Shown: positions 7,454 to 17,128, numbered from the stretch's first letter. The stretch: 32,624 bases of DNA from Bacteroidota bacterium (GCA_009908885.1 JAAAOL010000401.1:1-32624), one strand, 5' to 3'. Notes: generated by a model not told the origin, from the sequence alone. Translations and numbers: made by a program.

Positions 7454-9658
7454 ATGTTCATGAGCACACGACGATTCGCATTGATGGTACTGGCGGCGAT
7501 GTTGGCAGCTCTGCCTGTGGCCACCGCGCTCGGTCAGGACGAGCCTGCAGCCGCTGACGAGCAGGCCTCCGTGCAGCAGCAGTGGGAAGACTTCCTGCAC
7601 TACATCGGCATCGCTCGCCCGAAGCTCGCCAAGAGCTACGGCGAGGCCATCCTGGCCAATGAGGCGGTGACGCCCAAGCAGATCTATATGCTTTCGGTCC
7701 AGGAGACCGACAGCATGGACATGCTGGGCCGGGCACGCAACATGGATGGACTCTCGGAGATGGCCGAGCGTTTCCTGAAGTTGATCGAGCGGGGCTACAA
7801 GGCGTGGCGCAGCGATCCGGATCAGATCGCCAACGCAATCAAGATGCTCGGCGGGACGCTGGAAGGCTACCGCGTGGCCGTCCCGCGGCTCCAGGAGAGT
7901 GGCGAGTACGCCGTGCCCATGCTGCTCCAGAAGCTCAGCAGCGACGCGACCCCAAAGAAACTCCGCACGCGTATCGTGACCATGTTGCCCAAACTGGGCA
8001 AGCAGGCCGTTCGCCCCTACAGCGTGGCCCTGCAGTCCAAGGATCTGCAACTGGTCGAGTGGCTTGCCCACGCCCTGGGTGCCATTGAATATCCCCACGC
8101 AGTGCCGCAGCTCAAGCAGGCGCTCGAACGTCCGGATATCAAGCCCGGCAGCCAGACCGGCAAGGCCATCATTGCCGCATTGATTTCCTGCGGCGGCGGC
8201 AACGCGAATATCGTCGAACGCTCAACGGCTGAACTGTGGTACGAGCTTGGCAACAAGTACTACTACCGCGCCGACAGCCTGCAACCCGACAGCCGATACC
8301 CCAACGAGCCGGGCCTGGTATGGGTCTGGAAAGGGAGCCTCGGCGTTGAGGCACGTCCCGTCCCGCGCGAGATCTTCTGCGACGTCTATGCGATGCGATG
8401 TGCCCGCATGACACTGCAGAACGCCCCGGACTTCCACGCCGCCGTGCCGCTGTGGCTGACCGCGGCGATGCGTCGCCAGATCGAGTTGCCCCAAGGAAAG
8501 ACCGATCCGCTCTGGCCGGCCGATGTCCGGCAGGCCGACTACTACGCTCTGGCATCGAGCCCGGTCTACCTCCAGACGGTGCTCGGCCGGGCCCTGCGGG
8601 ACGGCAATGTTCCGCTGGCCAAGCACGCGATCAACATCCTTCGCAAGACGACCGGTGCGAAGAACCTCGTGGCCACGCTGCCCGGCGGCGCCCAGCCGCT
8701 TGTCGCGGCGATGGGCTATCCCGACCGCACCGTGCGTTTCCTTGCTGCCCTGACGCTTGCCCTCGCGCAGCCGACTGAAGATTTCCTCGGTTCGCAAATG
8801 GTCATGAACCAACTCTCCCAGGCGGTTCGCCAGACGGGCACGAAATACGCGCTCGTCGTCGTTGCCGACGAGACGCTGCGTAACACCGTCATCGACGCCG
8901 CCCGCGGCGCCGACTACGAAGTCATCTCCGTCACCTCGCCGGACGCGGCCATGGGGGCCGTCGAGGCCGCCGGCGGGCTGGACGTCATGTTCGTCGGGCC
9001 GGGCGTTGACCCGGTCGCCACGCTTGCCCCGTTCCGCCGCGAAGTGATCTACGGCTATGTCCCGGCGGTCGTCAACCGCAGCGGCAGCGCGATCCGCCGG
9101 ATCGCTGAAGAAGACGGCCGCATGGTCGTTCTCGAGGCCGACAAAACCGACCCCGCGGCGATCGCGCAGGCGTTTGCTGCGGCGTTGGCTCTTTCTGCGG
9201 GCCAGCCGCTGGACGAAGAGCAGGCCGTCTCCTGGGCCATCCGAGCCTCCCGGGCTATCGAGGCCGTCGCTGCCCGCGGCAGCACCGTCTATAGCGTCAG
9301 CCGCTGCACGGACGCCCTCGTTGACGCCACCGACGCCTTCAGCGCCGAATTGCAGATCGCAGCCGCCGAGGCCCTCGCGGTGATCGGCACGGACGAGGCC
9401 CAGCAGGCCGTCGTTGCTCTGGCACTGAACGCCGACGCTGATGAGCAGGTCCGCATCGCCGCCTTCAAGGCTGCGACGAAGTCCGTTCGCCAGTTCGGCA
9501 GGGAAGCCTCCGACGCCCAGGCGCAGCAAGTCCTCGATGCTGTCACCGGCGAGGGCTCGGAGGAATTCCTCCAGGCAGCCGCCCAGCTGCTGGGAGCCAT
9601 GAACCTGCCGAGCGAGCAGAGCACCGACCTGATCCTCGGCACGAATGCCCTGGACTGA
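7454..9658 (+). CDS. Exported HEAT/ARM-repeat protein (734 aa), function unknown
   Basis: The start was trimmed to MFMSTRRFALMVLAAMLAALPVATALGQ (signal peptide), with an AGGAGA SD at 7444-7449. Several HEAT-like units are visible (…LAHALGAIEYPHAVPQLKQAL…, …DRTVRFLAALTLALAQ…, …AAAEALAVIGTDEAQQAVVALALNADADEQVRIAAFKA…). Confidence 0.7.
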   Translation: MFMSTRRFALMVLAAMLAALPVATALGQDEPAAADEQASVQQQWEDFLHYIGIARPKLAKSYGEAILANEAVTPKQIYMLSVQETDSMDMLGRARNMDGLSEMAERFLKLIERGYKAWRSDPDQIANAIKMLGGTLEGYRVAVPRLQESGEYAVPMLLQKLSSDATPKKLRTRIVTMLPKLGKQAVRPYSVALQSKDLQLVEWLAHALGAIEYPHAVPQLKQALERPDIKPGSQTGKAIIAALISCGGGNANIVERSTAELWYELGNKYYYRADSLQPDSRYPNEPGLVWVWKGSLGVEARPVPREIFCDVYAMRCARMTLQNAPDFHAAVPLWLTAAMRRQIELPQGKTDPLWPADVRQADYYALASSPVYLQTVLGRALRDGNVPLAKHAINILRKTTGAKNLVATLPGGAQPLVAAMGYPDRTVRFLAALTLALAQPTEDFLGSQMVMNQLSQAVRQTGTKYALVVVADETLRNTVIDAARGADYEVISVTSPDAAMGAVEAAGGLDVMFVGPGVDPVATLAPFRREVIYGYVPAVVNRSGSAIRRIAEEDGRMVVLEADKTDPAAIAQAFAAALALSAGQPLDEEQAVSWAIRASRAIEAVAARGSTVYSVSRCTDALVDATDAFSAELQIAAAEALAVIGTDEAQQAVVALALNADADEQVRIAAFKAATKSVRQFGREASDAQAQQVLDAVTGEGSEEFLQAAAQLLGAMNLPSEQSTDLILGTNALD

Positions 9659-9757
9659 TCCTTCCCCTAACAGTCCGTTTAGACATGGACCGCGCCGCCA
9701 GCGCGCTGCCTAGGCATTCTTCATACGAACTGCATGAATGGGATGCTGGATGATCCC

Positions 9758-9800
9758 GGCGGTCGATGCGTTTGACGCGCATCGGTCGCCGCGTTTTCAT
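9758..9800 (+). terminator. Candidate rho-independent terminator downstream of the HEAT-repeat gene
   Basis: 13-bp stem 9758-9770 / 9778-9790 (core CGATGCG/CGCATCG, two G-U pairs) with a 7-nt loop. It is followed by GCGTTTTCATTTCATTT. Confidence 0.5.
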
Positions 9801-9805
9801 TTCAT

Positions 9806-10216
9806 TTAATACCAGTCGCCAGCACCTGGATACTGCTCAGGATTCGGGCCAACGGATTCAATGATACGAGGGTACTCTACGCCCTCTTCAGGATCCTTTG
9901 GTTTCTTACGACTCTTCTTGATCTGGAAGAACCAGTCATCTCCGAAATCGAAATGGTAGACAAGCTCGCAGCCCTTCGGCAAGGGGTACACTTGCTCGAT
10001 CGTAATTCTTGAGTATGTACGAAGGAGGTCTTTTCCTTCGCAACTGTCTTCGAAGACAATCGTCCGATTTTGCCAATTGCGACCGCCAAAGAACTCAAAC
10101 AGATGGTCTCGATCAAAACCTACAGCATCTTGAATCACGTCGTGGAGATCCAAGAGGGAAGACTCCATGTCCATTTCTATTACACGCACGCACTCATGGC
10201 GCTGGTATATACCCAT
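9806..10216 (-). CDS. pRiA4b ORF-3-like family protein (PF07929-like), short form
   Basis: The motif ELVYHFDFGDDWFFQI resembles the YxYDFGDxWxHxI core of the family. The gene is conspicuously AT-richer than its neighbours. A GAGGGA SD-like element lies upstream. Confidence 0.6.
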   Translation of the reverse strand: MGIYQRHECVRVIEMDMESSLLDLHDVIQDAVGFDRDHLFEFFGGRNWQNRTIVFEDSCEGKDLLRTYSRITIEQVYPLPKGCELVYHFDFGDDWFFQIKKSRKKPKDPEEGVEYPRIIESVGPNPEQYPGAGDWY

Positions 10217-10419
10217 GATGACGCTTCCCTCAGAAGTCCGAGGAAGTGCCGATCAGCGCCGTTTCCGTGACACAACTTCTTTGTTTGCGTTGCAAAATCG
10301 TTCTGGTTTTCCGCCCGCCTGACTTTTGAGGGAGGCGTCCATGATGCATTCTACTGTGATTGTCCCTATCACTGTCTTGCTCCTGTCAATCATGTCTCTC
10401 GCAGAACGCTAACGCTCAA

Positions 10420-11268
10420 CTACGACCGCATTCGGGCATTGTCTAGCGGTTTTGGCGGCTTGCGGATGCAGACGACGAGATTGCCTAGGCACCGCGGATT
10501 GTGGATCAGCCGGCGTTTGAGCATCAGCCCGTGCCATAATAGACGCGTTGGCCCGGGGAAGTACTCTCGGCCCCACTTGCGACACTCGAACGTCGCGACG
10601 GCAGGGGGCTCGAGGCCGGCTTGCCGGGCGGCCCGGGCGATGTCACTCGGCCGGTTCATTCGGTAGACCACGGGGTAGTGATACTCCTCGACCATCTCGT
10701 CCGGGCGAATCCGGCGCAGTAACCACTCGTCCAGTCCAAGGCGTTTGAGCAGCTTCGCCAGTCGTACAAAGTAATGACGCCCGTTGGGCGTCATGAGAAA
10801 AAACGCGCCGCCCGGCTTGAGGATGCGCCGGAGAGCCGAGAGGAACCCCACCGGATCGACGACGTGCTCGACGACGAAATATGCGTAGGCCACATCCACC
10901 GAGGCGTCCGGCAGGGCGGACTGCTCCAGCGTGCAGCGTTCGATGTCCTCGACAATGCCCCCCGGAGGGCTAACAGACGTGTCCGGCTCGATGCCCAGCA
11001 TCCGGTCGGCTGCGCGGGACAGAGCGCGAACGTAGTCATATCTGAACGGCGTCTCGCCCATGCCGCTTCCGCAGCCGATATCCAGCAACGTCACCGGCCG
11101 GGGGTGCCGGCGAAGTTCGCCCAGCACCATGTTGCAGAAGACGCGCTCCCGCTTGGACGTTTGGTCAAAGCTGTACGCACCGGCCAGCCGGTCGATCGGC
11201 CAGTCGTCGTGCGGCTGCTGCGGCCGAAGCAACTCGGTCGGGCTGATGTTGGTTGCGGGTTCGTTCAT
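10420..11268 (-). CDS. Class I SAM-dependent methyltransferase
   Basis: SAM-binding motif I VTLLDIGCGSGMG, followed by DVAYAYFVVEHV and LKPGGAFFLMTPN. Confidence 0.8.
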   Translation of the reverse strand: MNEPATNISPTELLRPQQPHDDWPIDRLAGAYSFDQTSKRERVFCNMVLGELRRHPRPVTLLDIGCGSGMGETPFRYDYVRALSRAADRMLGIEPDTSVSPPGGIVEDIERCTLEQSALPDASVDVAYAYFVVEHVVDPVGFLSALRRILKPGGAFFLMTPNGRHYFVRLAKLLKRLGLDEWLLRRIRPDEMVEEYHYPVVYRMNRPSDIARAARQAGLEPPAVATFECRKWGREYFPGPTRLLWHGLMLKRRLIHNPRCLGNLVVCIRKPPKPLDNARMRS

Positions 11269-11373
11269 GGTCGTCGGTCCCCGAAAGGGCCGAGTGACCC
11301 ATCATAGCGTCGCATGCGGCAAAGGCAAGCCGCCGCGCGCACGAACTTGCAACCATCGGCTCCAGGGGGTCTA

Positions 11374-12051
11374 ATGCAGGCCATGATTCTCAACGCACCG
11401 ACCCCTTCGCAGGCGAGGCACCTCCGGCTCGGCGTGCTGCTGTCCGGCAGCGGGAGAACACTGCTGAACATCCTCGCCAAGGCCAACGCCAATGAACTCG
11501 ACGTCTCGGTGCCCGTCGTCATCGCCTCGCGCCAGTGCGCGGGCGCCGAGCGGGCCCGCAACGCCGGCCTGAATGTTCAGATCGTGCCGTACCGCAGCTT
11601 TCGCTGCGAGGACGGAGGCCCCGCCGACACCGCAGGCTATACCGAGGCGATCTGCGACCATCTCGACGCGGCCAAGGTCGACCTCGTCGCCCAGGCGGGG
11701 TTCCTGTCGCTGTGGACCATCCCCGAACGCTACGAACAGCGGGTCATGAACATCCACCCGGCCCTGCTTCCGGCCTTCGGCGGCAAGGGGATGTACGGTC
11801 ATCACGTCCACGAGGCCGTCCTCGCACACGGCTGCAAGGTCAGCGGCTGCACGGTTCACTTTGTAACGAATGAGTACGATTCCGGTCCGATCATCATCCA
11901 GCGGCCTGTCCCCGTCGAGCAGGGCGATACCCCGGATACACTGGCCGACCGCGTTTTCCAGCAGGAATGCATCGCCTACCCCGAGGCCATACGGCTTTTC
12001 GCGGAGAAGCGGCTCAAGGTCGACGGCCGTATCGTCAGCGTTCAAAAGTAA
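11374..12051 (+). CDS. purN: Phosphoribosylglycinamide formyltransferase
   Basis: Contains LGVLLSGSGRTL and NIHPALLPAFGGKGMYGHHVHEAVLAHGCKVSGCTVHFVTNEYDSGPII (formyltransferase catalytic N/H/D region). The start was trimmed to MQAMILN (11374); 11314 or 11383 are possible. Confidence 0.85.
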   Translation: MQAMILNAPTPSQARHLRLGVLLSGSGRTLLNILAKANANELDVSVPVVIASRQCAGAERARNAGLNVQIVPYRSFRCEDGGPADTAGYTEAICDHLDAAKVDLVAQAGFLSLWTIPERYEQRVMNIHPALLPAFGGKGMYGHHVHEAVLAHGCKVSGCTVHFVTNEYDSGPIIIQRPVPVEQGDTPDTLADRVFQQECIAYPEAIRLFAEKRLKVDGRIVSVQK

Positions 12052-12077
12052 TTGCGCAACCCGGCCCGCGATATTGT

Positions 12078-12106
12078 TTGCATCTCGCCCACGCCTCGCT
12101 TATAAT
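12078..12106 (+). promoter_or_regulatory. Near-consensus sigma70-type promoter (TTGCAT-17 nt-TATAAT)
   Basis: TTGCAT at 12078-12083 and TATAAT at 12101-12106, in the purN/downstream-gene gap. This implies a ~100-nt leader before the ATG at 12214. Confidence 0.5.
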
Positions 12107-12213
12107 GCGATGCCTACCCCGAGGTAAGGCCGCTCACCCATGCGGTGTGCGCTGCTACCCGGCGCGGATAGACGGCCTTGAACCACGAACCCCGAATGAA
12201 CGAAAGGATTCCG

Positions 12214-13584
12214 ATGTCTCAAGACACGAAATACCCGTTGCAGAACGTTGAAGAACCCAACCTTTTCCGGGACATGTTCCCGTATACGGAACTGCCAAAG
12301 GTCTATTTCGAGGACACAACCGTCCCGATGTCGCCGGCCAAGCAGGTCTGGTGTACCGACACGACCTTCCGAGACGGCCAGCAGGCCCGTCCGCCGTACA
12401 CGGTGGAGCAGATCGTCGATATTTACAACCTGATGACCAAGCTGGACAACGGCAGCGGCATCATCCGCAACAGCGAGTTCTTCCTGTACTCGGCCAAGGA
12501 CCGCCAGGCCGTCGAGAAGTGCCTCGAAATCGGCGCCGAGTTCCCGCAGGTCACCAGTTGGATTCGTGCCGTCAAGAGCGACTTTGGCCTCGTCAAGGAC
12601 GTGGAATTGCCCGAGACGGGCATTCTGACCAGTTGCAGCGACTACCACATCTTCCTGAAGCTGCACAAGGACCGTCGCCAGGCCCTCAACCAGTACCTCG
12701 ACGTCGTGCGGGCTGCTCTCGAAGAGAACATCCGTCCGCGCTGCCACTTCGAGGATCTGACCCGTGCGGACTTCTACGGTTTCGTCGTGCCGTTCGCCAT
12801 TGAGCTGATGAAGCTCCGCGAGGAAAGCGGCATCGACATCAAGATCCGCTTGTGCGACACGATGGGCTACGGCGTGCCGTGGTCGCAGGCCACGACCCCG
12901 CGGTCCGTGCCGAAACTGGTCCACGGCCTGATCCACGACGCCGGCGTACCCGGCGAGTTGCTGGAATGGCACGGCCACAACGACTTCCACAAGGTGCTGA
13001 TCAACCCGGCGACGGCCTGGCTGTACGGCTGTGCAAGCTGCAACGCCAGCCTGCTGGGCATTGGCGAGCGGACGGGCAACAGCCCGCTGGAGGCCATGGT
13101 CATCGAGGCCGGCCAGCTCCGCGACGTCGTCGAAAGCGGCACGGGCGACCACCAGCCGAACTATCCGGTCATCACCGAGATTGCCGATTACTTCCGCAAG
13201 GCCATCGGCCACGAGATCCCCACGAACTACCCGATCATCGGGCGAGACTTCAACACCACGCGGGCGGGCATCCATGCCGACGGTCTGCTCAAGAGCGAGG
13301 AGATCTACTCCGCGTTCGACACCAACAAACTGTTGAACCGGCCAATCGGCGTGGCGATTACCGACAAATCCGGTGCCGCCGGCATCAAGCACTGGCTGGA
13401 AGCCCACTATGAGATCGACGTGGCCAAGGATGACCCGCGGCTGCTGGTGATTCGTGACCGCGTGGACGCCGAATACGAGAAGGGTCGCACCACTGCCATC
13501 AGTGACCAGGAAATGCATCTGTGGTACGGCGAGGCCTTTGATGTGGTCACCCACACCAAGCCGCCCGAGGAACGCCAAGTCTAG
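12214..13584 (+). CDS. DRE-TIM (HMGL-like) acyl-CoA:2-oxoacid condensing enzyme; isopropylmalate/homocitrate/Re-citrate synthase family
   Basis: Contains CTDTTFRDGQQ (the substrate/metal-binding start of the barrel) and the later HGHNDFH metal motif. Length is 456 aa. An AAGGA SD lies before the ATG at 12214. Confidence 0.7.
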   Translation: MSQDTKYPLQNVEEPNLFRDMFPYTELPKVYFEDTTVPMSPAKQVWCTDTTFRDGQQARPPYTVEQIVDIYNLMTKLDNGSGIIRNSEFFLYSAKDRQAVEKCLEIGAEFPQVTSWIRAVKSDFGLVKDVELPETGILTSCSDYHIFLKLHKDRRQALNQYLDVVRAALEENIRPRCHFEDLTRADFYGFVVPFAIELMKLREESGIDIKIRLCDTMGYGVPWSQATTPRSVPKLVHGLIHDAGVPGELLEWHGHNDFHKVLINPATAWLYGCASCNASLLGIGERTGNSPLEAMVIEAGQLRDVVESGTGDHQPNYPVITEIADYFRKAIGHEIPTNYPIIGRDFNTTRAGIHADGLLKSEEIYSAFDTNKLLNRPIGVAITDKSGAAGIKHWLEAHYEIDVAKDDPRLLVIRDRVDAEYEKGRTTAISDQEMHLWYGEAFDVVTHTKPPEERQV

Positions 13585-13836
13585 CAGCCATCCACGTGAC
13601 GGGTCCGCCCGCGATGCGGGTATGCCTGAGGCATTCGGACCGCGGACAGACAGACGGGTGGTATGTGCGCGTTCTGACGTGAAGCTGTCATGCCAGCCAG
13701 GTGTTCATCCCGAGTGAAACCCACGCGGTTTGTCGATGCGTCCCCGGGCTGGAGGAAATTTGCCGGTCCGGCCGATAAAAAGGGTAATGGATTGCCCTGC
13801 GCGGAATGCTCGCGCTGAGACTGCGGGAAGGCTTTC

Positions 13837-15267
13837 ATGCAGAACGGAACGGATACCGGAATCTCCGCCCGAGACGGCGAGGCCGTCAGCGGCTTTGCCG
13901 GTCGAAGCGTACACCTCATCGGCATGGGCGGCAGCGGCATGCGCGCATTGGCGGCGATGCTGCTTCAGCATGGCGCGGCGGTCAGCGGGTCCGACGGCGC
14001 CACCAGCGGCGCCCTCGATCGACTGGCCGAGCAGGGCGCGAGCGTCCACATCGGCCAGCGACCCGAAAACATTCCCTCGCCCTGCGACTTGGTGGTCTAC
14101 TCGGCCGCCATCGACGCGCAGAACCCCGAACTCCTGGCGGCCCGACAGGGCGGCTGCGACGTACTCAAGTACGCCCAGATGCTCGGTCGGCTGATGGCCG
14201 AAAAGGTCGGCATTGCCATTGCCGGCACGCACGGCAAGAGCACCACGACGGCCATGGTGGCCACGGTGCTGCAGCGGGCGGGCGTGGACCCCAGCTTCAT
14301 CGTCGGCGCGACGGTTGAACAACTCGGTGGACCCAGCGGCGTCGGCGCGGGCAGGCACTTCCTCGCCGAGGCCTGCGAGTTCGACCGCAGCTTCCTGAAC
14401 CTCTGCCCACACGACGCCGCGATCCTGAACGTCGAGGAAGACCACCTCGATTGCTACCGTGACCTGCGGGCCATCATCGAGGCCTTCCGCGCCTTCGCGG
14501 CCCGGCTACCGGTCGAAGGCGTGCTCGTGGTCAACGGGGACGACCGAAACGCCACCGAAGCCGCCACCGGCGCCAGTTGCGACGTGGAAACCGTCGGCCT
14601 GAGCGACGCCTGCCACTGGCAGGGCACGGACCTCGCCACCGACCGAGGCCGGGTGCGCATGACCGTCCGCAAGCAGGGCGAGGCCTTCGGCGAACTGCTC
14701 GTCCCCCTGGCCGGGACACACAATGCCTACAACGCGCTGGTGGCGATGGCCTTGCTGCACCACGCCGGCATCGACGCCCAGCAGATGATCCCGCTGCTGG
14801 AGACCTTCACCGGCGCCCACCGACGCATGATGCTCAAGGCCCGCATCGACGGGGTGACCATCGTCGACGACTTCGCCCATCACCCGACGGAAATCCAGGC
14901 CTCCTTGCGGGCAATGGCCGACGCCTACGACCCCGGCCGCATCCTCTGCCTCTTCCAGCCGCATCAGCACAGCCGGACGCGGTTTCTCCTCAAAGATTTC
15001 GCCGCCAGCTTCGCTTTGGCTGACGAGGTTATCGTCCCGGAGATCTACTTCGTCCGCGACAGCCAGCAGGAACGCGACCATATCTCCAGTGAGGACCTCG
15101 TCGCCCAGCTCCGACTGCGCGGCGGCAAGGCGGTCCACCTGGAAACCTTTGAAGCGATTACGGACTACGTCATGGACATCTGCCGGCCCGGCGACCTCGT
15201 CGTCACGATGGGGGCGGGCAACGTGTGGGAAATTGCCGATGAACTTGTTCACCGACTTGGACCATAG
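13837..15267 (+). CDS. murC: UDP-N-acetylmuramate--L-alanine ligase
   Basis: Contains VHLIGMGGSGMRALA (N-terminal Rossmann), IAIAGTHGKSTTTAM (Mur ligase P-loop) and DDFAHHPTE. Confidence 0.9.
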   Translation: MQNGTDTGISARDGEAVSGFAGRSVHLIGMGGSGMRALAAMLLQHGAAVSGSDGATSGALDRLAEQGASVHIGQRPENIPSPCDLVVYSAAIDAQNPELLAARQGGCDVLKYAQMLGRLMAEKVGIAIAGTHGKSTTTAMVATVLQRAGVDPSFIVGATVEQLGGPSGVGAGRHFLAEACEFDRSFLNLCPHDAAILNVEEDHLDCYRDLRAIIEAFRAFAARLPVEGVLVVNGDDRNATEAATGASCDVETVGLSDACHWQGTDLATDRGRVRMTVRKQGEAFGELLVPLAGTHNAYNALVAMALLHHAGIDAQQMIPLLETFTGAHRRMMLKARIDGVTIVDDFAHHPTEIQASLRAMADAYDPGRILCLFQPHQHSRTRFLLKDFAASFALADEVIVPEIYFVRDSQQERDHISSEDLVAQLRLRGGKAVHLETFEAITDYVMDICRPGDLVVTMGAGNVWEIADELVHRLGP

Positions 15268-16117
15268 CGTCCGCACCGACGAACCGCTGGCCAGGCACAC
15301 GTGGTTCCGCATCGGCGGGGCCGCGCAGTACTTCGTCGAGCCGACCTCGCAGGTCGAGCTCGAAGAGGTCGTCCGCCGCTGCCGCGAGAACGATCTGCCG
15401 ATCCATGTCCTCGGCGACGGGGCAAACCTGCTGGTCGCCGATAACGGCGTGGCCGGCGCGGTTATTCACCTGACGGCGGACCATTTCGGCGAGGTCACCT
15501 TCAGCCCCGAGAGCGTGAAGGTCTCGGCCGGGGTGCTGATGAGCCAGGTCGTCCTGCGGTGCGTTCGCGAGGGCCGTAGCGGGCTGGAGGCTCTCACGGG
15601 CATTCCGGGCACGGTCGGCGGCTGCGTGCGGATGAACGCCGGCGGGGCGTTTGGCGACTGCGGCAGCGCCGTCCAGCGCGTAACCGTCATGGACGAGGAA
15701 TGCAACATCTTCGAGCGGTTCCGCGACGACCTGGCCTTCGCCTATCGCAGCACGAACATCACCAGCCGCTTCGTCCTGGCAGTGGAGTTCGCCGTCACCG
15801 AGGATGACCCGCAACGCATCCTCAAGCAGGTCAAGCAAATCTGGATGCACAAGAAGAACTCACAGCCGCTAGGCCAGGCCAACGCCGGCTGCATCTTCAA
15901 GAATCCGCGCGGCATCAGCGCCGGAGCCCTGATCGACAAGGCCGGCCTGAAGGGTAAACGCGTCGGTGGAGCGATGATATCCGACAAGCACGCCAACTTC
16001 ATCGTCACATCGCGGGATGCCACCGCCTTTGATGTTCTGAAGCTGATTGATCAAATTCGTGATCGCGTCGCTCAAGAGTTCGGCGTGAATCTCGAAAAGG
16101 AAGTAGAGGTCTGGTAG
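15239..16117 (+). CDS. murB: UDP-N-acetylenolpyruvoylglucosamine reductase
   Basis: The start was trimmed to MNLFTDLDHS (ATG at 15239), which overlaps the murC 3' end by 29 nt. Contains HTWFRIGGAAQYF, GDGANLLV, GAGCIFKNP and SDKHANFIV. Confidence 0.85.
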   Translation: MNLFTDLDHSVRTDEPLARHTWFRIGGAAQYFVEPTSQVELEEVVRRCRENDLPIHVLGDGANLLVADNGVAGAVIHLTADHFGEVTFSPESVKVSAGVLMSQVVLRCVREGRSGLEALTGIPGTVGGCVRMNAGGAFGDCGSAVQRVTVMDEECNIFERFRDDLAFAYRSTNITSRFVLAVEFAVTEDDPQRILKQVKQIWMHKKNSQPLGQANAGCIFKNPRGISAGALIDKAGLKGKRVGGAMISDKHANFIVTSRDATAFDVLKLIDQIRDRVAQEFGVNLEKEVEVW

Positions 16118-16159
16118 TCGGCCCGCGCCGTCGCCACGCCACGGAAGGTACGCAGTCTT

Positions 16160-17113
16160 ATGATCGCCCAACATGACAGTCGGCCTCTCGACATCACGGT
16201 CCTCATGGGCGGACCGAGCAGTGAGAGAGCGGTGTCCCTGATGAGCGGCGAGGCCGTCGCCGATGGGCTGGAAGCCGCCGGCCATCACGTCACCCGTAGC
16301 GACATCACGCCCCGGGATACCTCCGCCCTCGACCGGCCGGGCGCCGATCTCGTGTTCATCGCCCTCCACGGCGAGTTCGGCGAGTCCGGCGAGGTCCAGC
16401 AGCTCTGCGAAGAACGCGGCCTGCGGTATACCGGCTCGGGACCGACCGCCAGCCGCCTGGGTCTGGACAAGGCCGCCAGCAAGCAGATCTTCAAACGGGC
16501 CGGTCTGACCACGCCGGACTGGATGATCATCGAGCGGTTCCACCCTCCCCAGCAGGTCTGCCAGTGGCTGGAGGAGATCTCCCTGCCAATCGTCGCCAAA
16601 CCGGTCAACGGCGGATCGAGCGTCGACATCACCATCTGCCGCGACGAGCGCACGCGGATCGGCGCCATCGAAGAACTCATCGACACCTACGGCCGGGCAA
16701 TGATCGAACGTTTCGTGCCCGGGCGCGAGATGACGGTCGGCATCGTCGGCGAGGAGGCGCTGGACGTGCTGGAGATCCTGCCGGATCACGACTTCTACGA
16801 CTACGCCGCGAAATACGCCGATGACGCGGGCACGGACTACACGTTCGATCACGGCCTTGACGCAGCCACCGTCGCCCGCGTGCAGGCCAGCGCCCTGGCC
16901 GCCCATCGCGAACTGAAGTGCCGCGACCTGTCGCGCGTCGACTTCATCCTCGACGCCGACGGCGTGGGGCAGGTACTTGAAATCAACACGATCCCCGGTT
17001 TCACCTGCCATTCACTGTTGCCGAAGGCGGCCCGGCAGGCGGGCATCGACTTCTCGCAGCTTGTCGACCGCATCGCACGCATGGCCAGGGCCCGGGATAT
17101 GTGCCTCCTGTAG
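16160..17113 (+). CDS. ddl: D-alanine--D-alanine ligase
   Basis: Contains VLMGGPSSEREVS-like VLMGGPSSERAVSL, FIALHGEFGESGEVQ, IVAKPVNGGSSV and LEINTIPG. Confidence 0.9.
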   Translation: MIAQHDSRPLDITVLMGGPSSERAVSLMSGEAVADGLEAAGHHVTRSDITPRDTSALDRPGADLVFIALHGEFGESGEVQQLCEERGLRYTGSGPTASRLGLDKAASKQIFKRAGLTTPDWMIIERFHPPQQVCQWLEEISLPIVAKPVNGGSSVDITICRDERTRIGAIEELIDTYGRAMIERFVPGREMTVGIVGEEALDVLEILPDHDFYDYAAKYADDAGTDYTFDHGLDAATVARVQASALAAHRELKCRDLSRVDFILDADGVGQVLEINTIPGFTCHSLLPKAARQAGIDFSQLVDRIARMARARDMCLL

Positions 17114-17128
17114 TTCAACGGAATCACC

